Translations under genes and position numbers: made by a program
Source of the DNA: Candidatus Thalassarchaeaceae archaeon
Lineage (GTDB): Archaea > Thermoplasmatota > Poseidoniia > Poseidoniales > Thalassarchaeaceae
NCBI GenBank assembly: GCA_030747675.1
Contig: JASLKH010000008.1
Coordinates: forward strand, 1 to 51,242
Direction of reading: 5' to 3'
DNA length: 51,242 nucleotides
Notes under the pieces: generated by a model
Told to the model about the DNA's origin: nothing
Databases searched by the model: none
What the model saw: the letters and a program-made list of their open reading frames with translations, nothing else
Shown here: positions 27,101-34,609 of the stretch, piece after piece
Position numbering within the stretch: the stretch's first letter is position 1
Layout: each line of letters opens with the position of its first letter

Positions 27101-30100
27101 GTGGTCATTCCATTGGCCTCCAGTCATAGGTAAATCATCGACTAAGTTGGGCACGAAATCGCGGTCAAAATCACTCCATCTGTTCATTAATATAGATTGG
27201 CCATTTGAATCTTGATATTGAATGTACCAAGTTCCATTCGAATCAATTGCAGCCACCGGGCTTCCCTGTAGTATGGCGCTGGAGACCGTAATCGGTTGCT
27301 TCCCTTCGAATTCGTTGACAACTAATTGATTGAATGAATCTGTACAAATAATCCATGTATTTTCATCCTCAATAGGTACAATTTCGGCGTCATCGTTGCA
27401 TCCCAAATCAACAGTGCGGGCATTGTTTGAATTAGATGGAATCAAAATGTGGCTTCCGAAGGTGTTATTCAATACACCAGGGAGCAGCAATCCTTGATTA
27501 GAAAATATCGGATTTCCTGATGTTCCATTGTGGTCAGGAATGGCAATATTGGCTGAATTATTCAGTTCTACAGATTGGTGTTGCCAATCAGAATTATTGG
27601 CCAACCAAGCAACTTCTAGAGTATTTCCTGAACCAACAATTGCAATGTTTGAGCTCGAATCCACTGTGATTAATGAGGAATCATGTAGTATGGTTTGTTC
27701 AGTCATGACCCAATTAGAATCACTTCCTTCAAACCAATGCGTCGAAGCGACTCCTGTATCAACAGTCATGAGAGCAATGCTGGTATTCCCATTAGAGAGG
27801 AATCCTGCAAATCGGTCAACATCATTAAGCAGCACGCTGGTGTCCCAAGAACTTCCGTTTTGTACCGCTAGAGACACCTCATCTGAATTAAGCCAAAGTA
27901 TGTGCGGTGTTTGATTTGAATCAAGGAAAAGGAAAGTCTGACTCGAGATCGCTTGGGTATTTCCAACAACATCAGTGGTTAATGCTGAATCTGTTTGGTT
28001 TGCAAAAATTAGCGATGAACCAATGGTAAATACTGATGAGGATCTGTTATCTGTTTTTATGGCAATACTTCCATGTGCTCCTGCATTTAAATTAGGTAAC
28101 ATTTCTTCTTGCAAAAGTACACCACCTTGTCGTTGCATAAAGGTCAGACCACCGTCTGATGTAACGACAATAGGTTGTCCTGCAGGTGTTACAGTCATCC
28201 CTGCCGTAATGGGTCCTCCAAAAGAAGTCGCACCCCATGGGTCAGCAGAAGTCAGACCTTCATTCGCTCTTTCATAGTGAAAAGTTCCTTGGTTTGTGTC
28301 AAGGAGTAATTGTGTTCTCCCTTGAGCGTCTACAGACAAATCTAATCCATTTACAGTGAAATCAAAAGGAAGGTCTGCTAACTCCCAGTCTCTTGTTTCC
28401 ATGATGGTTATTGAACCACCTGTAGACCCCTGTGAATTAGAATTGGAACTAGCATAGAGGAATTCATGTGTTCCATCACGATCTGCATCTCCGCCACTGG
28501 ATATGATTTTTCCAAGATGTTGCCCGGAAGCACCATTTACAGTAAACAAACTACTAGTTTCATCGAAAATACTGGTTGTATTTGTTCCAAGGAACAATTC
28601 CATTTTCCCCCCACTTGTTCCTGAGCCTGGACTACCGACCAAAAAATCTTGAATCCCATCGTCATTGACATCACCTGCAGAATTGATCTGATATCCGAAT
28701 TGATCTGAGCCAGTTAAAATTGTAGTTGGATTCTGCGAAAAACCTGTGGGACTTCCTTCGAAAAACCACACTGAATTGTTGAATATTTCACTAATTGCTA
28801 AATCCGAATAACCATCATTGTTTACATCACCTAATGCGCTTAGAGAATGGCCGAAAAGCGTCCATACATCTGACATGGACCAAACTCGGCTTGGATTTGA
28901 TGAAATACCATCTGGACTACCATAATGGACTTGAGCTTCTCCTCGGCCAGATAATTCAATTTGAGAATCAGAACTTCCAATAGCAAGATCATCGAATCCA
29001 TCTCCATTTGCATCACCCACACCTACAATTGACCATCCGAGATACAAATCATCATGTTCTCCTTCAATAATTGTAGGGGATTCGTTGATGCTTGTGTTTC
29101 CATAAAAGACCAACACTCTTCCCTTCGCCGGCTCGAGACCGCCAGAGGTCCAACCCATTTCAGTTACAGCGAAGTCGGAGAAGCCATCATCATTGACATC
29201 ACCTAGGCTTGCAAGACGACTTCCAAATTCTCCATTTTCCAATTGTCCGAAACTTGTCCAAGAAGATGTATTGGATAACCCTGTGGGGTGACCAGTGTAA
29301 AGATGAATAGAGCCAGTTGCAACATTTGAATCATTTTTTCCCCCAGGTGCCGCAACAAGAATGTCATCATAACCATCTCCGTTTATGTCAGATGCACCTG
29401 AAATACTTGACCCGAAAAATGCATCTGAATGGGTTCCAAGGAAAGTCAAATCTGGAATTGAAGTATATCCTTCCATCGAACCGTAATGGATGTGTACTGC
29501 ACCCGCATTATTTGATAATCCAGGTTCTCCATAGATGAGATCGCTATATCCATCGTTGTTGTAATCACCCGATGCATCGGCTCCAATACCAAAGTTGGTG
29601 CTATTTGTTGACTCGATTTCCAGTAATGGCTCGGGTGTAATTCGGGCATCATCCCGCCCAGTTAAGTCTCTAACAATTCTTAGCCCAGTCCCATTCTCAA
29701 TTCCATAAACTAACTGGGCACGTCCAGTAGCATCCAAATGGTGACCAAGAGGGTTTCCTATACCTTCACCTTCATCTACAACAGAATACGTTGAATCATC
29801 ACCAGTAAGAGAAATTACAGCAACACGGTTGTAAGTTGTGTCGAGGAAAGAAAGGTGAAGAACATCCTCAACATCGATATTTAGAACAAAGTTTTCACCA
29901 ACTCCGGATGAACGAATTAGAGTATGTCGCCACCATGAACTCGTGAATCGGGTGAGATGTAGGCCACCGGTGTCGGAATCCCGATATGCTACAGCCTCAG
30001 TTCCATTACTGTAAATTGCGATTTCAGGTGGGCTTGTAATATTCACATTGTTGACTAAAGTGCGGATTAACCAATCATCATCTGGAGCAGGAGTCCAATC

Positions 30101-30589
30101 ATTTTCTCTAACTATTTTTAGAGAAGACGCATCTACATCAAGGTAGACTATACGTGCAAATCCTCGGTAGTCAATAACAATTGAACAACCACGCCCTACA
30201 TCTCCTTGTGAATCAACAGTAACTCTAGTTGTTGTACCATCAGGACTCATGGTAAACACTTCCAAATCCTGTGAATCTGCATTGTATCCACAGGCTTTGA
30301 TATCCTGATTAGGCCCAATAGCTACGTCAATATCTTCGACAGATTCACTGAATTGATCCAGTGATGCCTCAACCCATTCATCAATTCCTCTTTCGGGAAG
30401 TAATTCCCAATCAATTCCTTCATTGGTGAGAGTGGTTCCTGCAAGGGCCTCCCCCCAGCCATTGGATAACGAAGTAGAGTTTTCAGAATTTGTTGCATCA
30501 TCTAAAGGTAATTCAGATTTATTCATTATTAGTGGTGAAATTGATGCAAACACCATGAGTAGTGCTAGTAGAATACCATTTTTCCTCAT
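24161..30589 (-). CDS. Giant surface protein: repeat beta-propeller + 7 FG-GAP repeats + thrombospondin type 3-like calcium repeats + TM + long cytoplasmic tail
   Basis: Signal peptide MRKNGILLALLMVFAS from ATG 30589 (the track's 30895 start overlaps the next gene). GDxNxDGxxD repeats at about 28450-29580, many DxDGDG repeats at about 24910-27170, TM at about 24845-24910. Confidence 0.9.
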   Translation of the reverse strand: MRKNGILLALLMVFASISPLIMNKSELPLDDATNSENSTSLSNGWGEALAGTTLTNEGIDWELLPERGIDEWVEASLDQFSESVEDIDVAIGPNQDIKACGYNADSQDLEVFTMSPDGTTTRVTVDSQGDVGRGCSIVIDYRGFARIVYLDVDASSLKIVRENDWTPAPDDDWLIRTLVNNVNITSPPEIAIYSNGTEAVAYRDSDTGGLHLTRFTSSWWRHTLIRSSGVGENFVLNIDVEDVLHLSFLDTTYNRVAVISLTGDDSTYSVVDEGEGIGNPLGHHLDATGRAQLVYGIENGTGLRIVRDLTGRDDARITPEPLLEIESTNSTNFGIGADASGDYNNDGYSDLIYGEPGLSNNAGAVHIHYGSMEGYTSIPDLTFLGTHSDAFFGSSISGASDINGDGYDDILVAAPGGKNDSNVATGSIHLYTGHPTGLSNTSSWTSFGQLENGEFGSRLASLGDVNDDGFSDFAVTEMGWTSGGLEPAKGRVLVFYGNTSINESPTIIEGEHDDLYLGWSIVGVGDANGDGFDDLAIGSSDSQIELSGRGEAQVHYGSPDGISSNPSRVWSMSDVWTLFGHSLSALGDVNNDGYSDLAISEIFNNSVWFFEGSPTGFSQNPTTILTGSDQFGYQINSAGDVNDDGIQDFLVGSPGSGTSGGKMELFLGTNTTSIFDETSSLFTVNGASGQHLGKIISSGGDADRDGTHEFLYASSNSNSQGSTGGSITIMETRDWELADLPFDFTVNGLDLSVDAQGRTQLLLDTNQGTFHYERANEGLTSADPWGATSFGGPITAGMTVTPAGQPIVVTSDGGLTFMQRQGGVLLQEEMLPNLNAGAHGSIAIKTDNRSSSVFTIGSSLIFANQTDSALTTDVVGNTQAISSQTFLFLDSNQTPHILWLNSDEVSLAVQNGSSWDTSVLLNDVDRFAGFLSNGNTSIALMTVDTGVASTHWFEGSDSNWVMTEQTILHDSSLITVDSSSNIAIVGSGNTLEVAWLANNSDWQHQSVELNNSANIAIPDHNGTSGNPIFSNQGLLLPGVLNNTFGSHILIPSNSNNARTVDLGCNDDAEIVPIEDENTWIICTDSFNQLVVNEFEGKQPITVSSAILQGSPVAAIDSNGTWYIQYQDSNGQSILMNRWSDFDRDFVPNLVDDLPMTGGQWNDHDGDGYGDNPDAPAYDQCKTLPGASVYGHYGCADGDNDGFANSIDDCANSGKSWRDTIGCPDNDGDGWSDPNGQAGWDGDRHPTNWMQSIDTDGDGRYDNHGPDCCGSSNSDEFPLDPQQWEDLDGDGFGDNSSAETGDKCPGLLGTSIYDRRGCLDSDGDGWSDPEPATSQNPEGWTYNRIECHTNGTHCADLWPWAPTDTSAANICGILCNQQWADRDGDGYGDNNSYDAWNRDAFPDDPTQFSDADEDGWGDNANGNYPDDCPLIWGNSTADLNGCVDTDGDGHSNTYEYDINPTTGLRENEVGDALPNNPEQWRDRDGDGFGENALDAGNPNWDRCQTVPGFLNGQPGPGCPLPQGDDDGDGVVNGTDACPDTPQNEAVLVDTNGCSPSQLDDDQDGVTNANDICNDTPLGEVVDQQTGCSNSQTDQDSDNDGVNDIDGNGGVLDLCPNTSADFEVDTNGCADYQKDTDEDGITDDIDECKFTTLGATVDQFGCIVVGADTDGDGYEDAFDAFPSDDSQWQDTDGDGYGDNWGEMDWDENREGTVGEWVYNAQQPDACPFDFGTSWSSNRALLGLHGCPDTDGDGVPDPTLNWTIENGADYFPNDPTQYGDYDNDSFGDNPNGNNGDFCPETPGVIGGIGGNGCPPGTDTDGDGIIDIIDLCDEQDATGWDEDSNGCIDDNDSDGVLDNIDSCPDTPEEDWFEVDPENGCTDAQLEGDSSSIVDGSSMKYILVILGVILALAVVILAITRLRNRGFNWDDDDLLDDDDDWQDETDEEEWSPFGNAPPLSRASASKPQKSENPPSRGPPSTGPGSRGPPTTSRQPERKSPSFNESKPTNRPGMRPSGPTRIPTTSVQSDPVRKTRKTSQTTSKPSTSKPVRRTRKTSMSPAEGATPMQKTTRRTRKTAAPKTTRRKKASDSWEDLFAADEKADFDNAVAETKERLIIGDSDTSVLSRLQSSGWTPKQSKHILGHARN

Positions 30590-30619
30590 CAACGCCACCA
30601 AATTAGCCGTGGAATCCGC

Positions 30620-30639
30620 CTCGACCCTATAGGGTCGAG
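30620..30639. promoter_or_regulatory. 20-bp perfect palindrome CTCGACCCTATAGGGTCGAG upstream of the giant FG-GAP gene
   Basis: Self-complementary, 31-50 nt upstream of ATG 30589, adjacent to a G8 tract. Confidence 0.55.
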
Positions 30640-30707
30640 TCAGGGGGGGGTTCTTCAGCCAACCGCACAAACGCATCTCTTTCAACCCGTGACTGCTCCG
30701 CGGTGAT

Positions 30708-31325
30708 ATGGAGGCAAACCGTTGGCTACTCTGCGCCGCAGGTGGTTGGCCCTCAGAGGAAGTTTGGAGACCACTTTCCAAATGCTGTGATGTAATTATG
30801 GGAGTTGATGGAGGTACAGACATCGCTCTTTCAAAGCACCTAGATGTGGTGATGGCAGCAGGAGATTTTGATTCTATTATTGACGAAAAAGTCACTCGAA
30901 TCTCGTTACCAGATCAAGAAGCATCTGATTTGTTGAAATGTTTAGAATATGCCGCTCAAAATGGTGCCAAAATTGCTGATGTGATTGGAATCGAAGGCGG
31001 TGAAATAGACCATTTAATCGCTGTTTTCGCTGCTTTAATTGAATCACCTTCAAATATCGAAGTTCGTTTGTATTTGGGTACCCACGTCGGATTGCGGTGT
31101 ACAGATTCTTTGAATTTAATTCTTAACCCAAAGACCAAGCTGAGTCTCTTCGCCTTCACTTCGTGTGCAAATGTATCAATTTCTGGAGTCGAATACCCTC
31201 TGGAATCTCAACCCCTTGCTTTTTCCACTCAGGGGCTACACAACGTTGCATTAGGTGGTGAGATTAATATTCAATCAGATGGCCCATTAGTGGTATTGAT
31301 TCAGAATAATCCAACTACTCTCTAA
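30708..31325 (+). CDS. thiN: Thiamine diphosphokinase
   Basis: GVDGG, GDFDSI, DQEASDLLKCL, GGEIDH, C-terminal LSLFAF...ISGVEYPL...GLHN thiamine-binding domain. Confidence 0.88.
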   Translation: MEANRWLLCAAGGWPSEEVWRPLSKCCDVIMGVDGGTDIALSKHLDVVMAAGDFDSIIDEKVTRISLPDQEASDLLKCLEYAAQNGAKIADVIGIEGGEIDHLIAVFAALIESPSNIEVRLYLGTHVGLRCTDSLNLILNPKTKLSLFAFTSCANVSISGVEYPLESQPLAFSTQGLHNVALGGEINIQSDGPLVVLIQNNPTTL

Positions 31326-32157
31326 TCTTCATCGAATATTCATTTGAACCTGGCAACCCCAATCCTGTTTGATTTGCCTTTTCAGTAATTGCTGCTGCAG
31401 AAATAGTTTCTTCAAACGTCCCATTCTTCACGATAATGTTTCTTTTCCAAACAGTCCAAGCGGAATATCCAGGGAATAGAGCACGCCATGTAAAAGGCAC
31501 TCTACCGGGAGTTACTTTGTTTACCACTCTTACAATTGAAGTGGTGCATGTTGACGTTAGAGTGTTGTACCATTCTGGTTTTTCCTGAATTTCATTTGTG
31601 CGAAGAACCATACCTTTGAACAATTCTTTGCGTTTTTCGGGGGTTGCCTGACAAGGAAACAAAAAGACATCATTTTTGCGTGCATTTGTGCGCACTCCCA
31701 ATATATCTCGTTCTGTTGCCCAGACGATCATCAATTCAAACTCATTCCACAAACCAGTCCAAGGATGATAGCGCTCTCCAATTTCTCTTCGGCATTCAAA
31801 AGATGCCATCAAGAACTGATTTTTTTCAAATTCAAAACCAATCATTGTATGTGCCATTCCACGGATTTTGTGGAAATGATCAATCACATAATAAACGCCA
31901 ACGATATCACTAATTTTTGCAGACCATTCATCCCATTTTTCATCATAATCCTTTGTCGTCCTCCATGTGAAATCTCGACGATTATGGAGTGTGAATGTAT
32001 CGCCATCTTCGTGTACAGTAAAATGTGCTGTTTGGGCGCAATCTGGGACCCAATTTCTATCATTTCTTGCCTTCTTACGACCGATGGATAACCACCAGAA
32101 ATTGATGATTAGAGCTAGAATAGCAAACCCTAGAAATGCAATGTATTGCACTTTCAT
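31315..32157 (-). CDS. DUF4105 / Lnb N-terminal domain protein with N-terminal TM
   Basis: TLHNRRDFTW, AHTMIGF, ELMIVWATERDILGVRTN, DVFLF, PEWYNTLTSTCTT resemble DUF4105 motifs. Confidence 0.8.
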   Translation of the reverse strand: MKVQYIAFLGFAILALIINFWWLSIGRKKARNDRNWVPDCAQTAHFTVHEDGDTFTLHNRRDFTWRTTKDYDEKWDEWSAKISDIVGVYYVIDHFHKIRGMAHTMIGFEFEKNQFLMASFECRREIGERYHPWTGLWNEFELMIVWATERDILGVRTNARKNDVFLFPCQATPEKRKELFKGMVLRTNEIQEKPEWYNTLTSTCTTSIVRVVNKVTPGRVPFTWRALFPGYSAWTVWKRNIIVKNGTFEETISAAAITEKANQTGLGLPGSNEYSMKIRE

Positions 32158-32159
32158 TG

Positions 32160-33218
32160 TTATTCCTCTTCACTTGATGGTGGTCGTTCAGATAGCAGAA
32201 TTGAGATGGGACGTGTTTCCTCAATATTCCCTAGTACAATTTTTGCAATTACCGCCATTGGTACGGCTAGAACCATGCCCATAATTCCCCAAAGCCAAAA
32301 CCAGAATGCTGTGACAAGGAGTAAGACTACAGGAGATATATCCAAACTCGCTCCAAACATTTTGTTTTCAATAAACTGCCCCCAAATTTGTTGATTAACA
32401 ATCAGGATGATAGCCAATGCAATTGCGATGGAAGGTGAAAGGAGGATGAAGCCCAATATCAGTGGTGGAATTAATGCGAAAAGGCTACCAATATATGGTA
32501 CGTAGTTTAGTATGAATGTTAGAACACTCCACAAAAACCATCCAGGAACTCCAGCAGCAAATAGGCACGCCCCAGTAACAAAAGCGGTCCCTATACTGAC
32601 TATAGTTTTGACAACAACATACTTGTTTACACCTTTCCCAATATCGTGAATAATGGTATTCATTTTTTCATTAGCATCTGTAGAATAAGCTGCCGAGAGT
32701 CTCTTTGGAAGTGTTTCAGCCTCTAGAATGATGAATACAAGGAATATGAATACAGTGAACATCATTGATAGGAAGTTGGTGATTTCTCCGAACGTAGACA
32801 TCAATAAACTATCAATCGCTTCACTGTTTATCGAATCTGAAAGTCCAGCGAATGTAATTGTAATCCCTGCCCTTTCCAATTCATCATCCCAATATTCGAT
32901 TTTTTCGTGTAATTTATCTGTATATTCTGGAATTCCATCTGCAAATTTAGTGATGTCTTGATACAACCACCAACCTATTATGCCAATAATTGCCCCCAAT
33001 GCTGCCACTACGAAGGCATATGCTGCAAATAGTGGTACTCCTCGATCGTTTAACCAATGCGCACCTGGTGCTAATAGAAAGAAAATCAGTACTGCAAGAA
33101 TGAATGGTTCAATTACTACTCGGAGATGAAGAAGTGCTAGAACTCCAAGTGCTAGTAAAATTGCTGCATGAGATGCAGTACGCAGTCGGTTTTCAAATTG
33201 ATCGGATAATTCACTCAT
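32160..33218 (-). CDS. AI-2E family transporter
   Basis: PFILAVLIFFLLAP, YVVVKTIVS, FILNYVPYIGS, NKMFGASLDISPVVLLL...WGIMGMVLAVP. Start ATG 33218. Confidence 0.92.
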   Translation of the reverse strand: MSELSDQFENRLRTASHAAILLALGVLALLHLRVVIEPFILAVLIFFLLAPGAHWLNDRGVPLFAAYAFVVAALGAIIGIIGWWLYQDITKFADGIPEYTDKLHEKIEYWDDELERAGITITFAGLSDSINSEAIDSLLMSTFGEITNFLSMMFTVFIFLVFIILEAETLPKRLSAAYSTDANEKMNTIIHDIGKGVNKYVVVKTIVSIGTAFVTGACLFAAGVPGWFLWSVLTFILNYVPYIGSLFALIPPLILGFILLSPSIAIALAIILIVNQQIWGQFIENKMFGASLDISPVVLLLVTAFWFWLWGIMGMVLAVPMAVIAKIVLGNIEETRPISILLSERPPSSEEE

Positions 33219-33292
33219 GTAGCCGCAGGCTATACTATTGCCCTTTGAATTCACTCCCTTCCATCTGATTTGATGCAAGGATTTGTCGACTA

Positions 33293-34609
33293 CTATTCAA
33301 AAGCCACCCATTCATTGTTGGATTGGTCCCACCAGTCTACACTATCGTCAGGCCGTTGCCGCCAATGTATTCCTTGGTCGTCAACATAGGTCGGCATTCC
33401 TTCACTATCCGGTGCTAAATTTTCAGCCCACAAATCATCTTGTTCTTCTTGTTGTTCACGACCCATTATTCCTGCCACGATGATACCCATAATGATGGCA
33501 ATTAGGAACCCTCCTGCGCCTACAACTGCAATAGTTGCAGATAAACTCATGAAGAGCGGTGTTGGCTCATAATCACTACCTGCGGATACCTCTGGCCACC
33601 TTGCTGAATCACCACTTGCATTCTTGACCTCAAGACTTGCATCATCAGAAGGCGGCAATCTTACTATGTTGAGCGCTTCTGTAGTGCTTCGACCTTGTGG
33701 ACTGATGAGAGTTGCACGGATTTTATGAACGCCTGGTGCCCACATTGCACAATCAACTAAAACTAAATCTTCGTATTCTGTATTTGCTTGACCGGGATCA
33801 ATAACTTCCCATTCAATTTCCATTTCTTGAATCATTGTATCTTGTGTTCCATTAATCATTAATTGACAGGGTGTACCAACTTCTGAGTTTGCACCGACAA
33901 TTTCAACAACAAATGATGGTGGGGGGTGGATATTGATTTTGAAGGATAATTCAGCCGTTGCAACCATACCTAGTCCATTGACATAGTTTTCAATGATAGT
34001 ATATTCACCTGCAGGCCATTTACTACAATCCAGTGGCGTTTCATATTCTCCAACCAACCACGGAACTCCTTGGATGGATATCATTCCCATTTCATCATAA
34101 TGAGCTCCGACCAAGTCGGTTGAGATACGATGAACCCAGCATGTGTCTCCAGTGAAGATGAACTCTTCAGCCTCAAGTTCCATTGATAATTGTGGGGGTG
34201 TCAAACTAGCAACCAAAGAGTGGTCTCCTAAATCTTCATCATGTACAACCATTCCAGAATCCACATCCCAGACCCTGAATTGGATGGTGTAATCTGAATC
34301 AGACCATGCTTTTACAGTAATATTCACTTGGTGAGTAGTTCCAGATTCTAAGGTAGTATTGTCCCAAAATGAGATGGAAATATCTTCTGTTGAAGCAATA
34401 ACTTCAATGGCTATTATTGCATTGCCAGCACTGGTTCCGATTGAAGCAACAACACGGACGATGTCAAAATCTCCATCACTATCTTCGTCTAGATGGTCGG
34501 CACGAGCATCATAAATTACGATGTGACTTTGGTCTTGAGCAATAGCCATACTCGAAATCATAGGGAATATGCATGCTGCGAATAACAATGCAAACATTTT
34601 CTCACGCAT
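33293..34609 (-). CDS. Membrane-anchored hypothetical protein with beta-rich ectodomain and Trp-rich cytoplasmic tail
   Basis: Signal peptide; GGAGGTGA SD 5 nt before ATG 34609; C-terminal TM followed by ...GIHWRQRPDDSVDWWDQSNNEWVAFE. Confidence 0.8.
   Translation of the reverse strand: MREKMFALLFAACIFPMISSMAIAQDQSHIVIYDARADHLDEDSDGDFDIVRVVASIGTSAGNAIIAIEVIASTEDISISFWDNTTLESGTTHQVNITVKAWSDSDYTIQFRVWDVDSGMVVHDEDLGDHSLVASLTPPQLSMELEAEEFIFTGDTCWVHRISTDLVGAHYDEMGMISIQGVPWLVGEYETPLDCSKWPAGEYTIIENYVNGLGMVATAELSFKINIHPPPSFVVEIVGANSEVGTPCQLMINGTQDTMIQEMEIEWEVIDPGQANTEYEDLVLVDCAMWAPGVHKIRATLISPQGRSTTEALNIVRLPPSDDASLEVKNASGDSARWPEVSAGSDYEPTPLFMSLSATIAVVGAGGFLIAIIMGIIVAGIMGREQQEEQDDLWAENLAPDSEGMPTYVDDQGIHWRQRPDDSVDWWDQSNNEWVAFE

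Noticed and set aside
24183-28277. Long alternative-frame ORFs (e.g. 24708..25259, 26170..26892) as overlapping genes
   Set aside because: Low-complexity shadows of Asp/Gly-rich repeat codons with no recognisable motifs; the same applies to 34760..36589.
30590-30895. N-terminal 102 aa of the 2244-aa track ORF
   Set aside because: Overlaps thiN and the promoter region; a clear signal peptide begins at ATG 30589.
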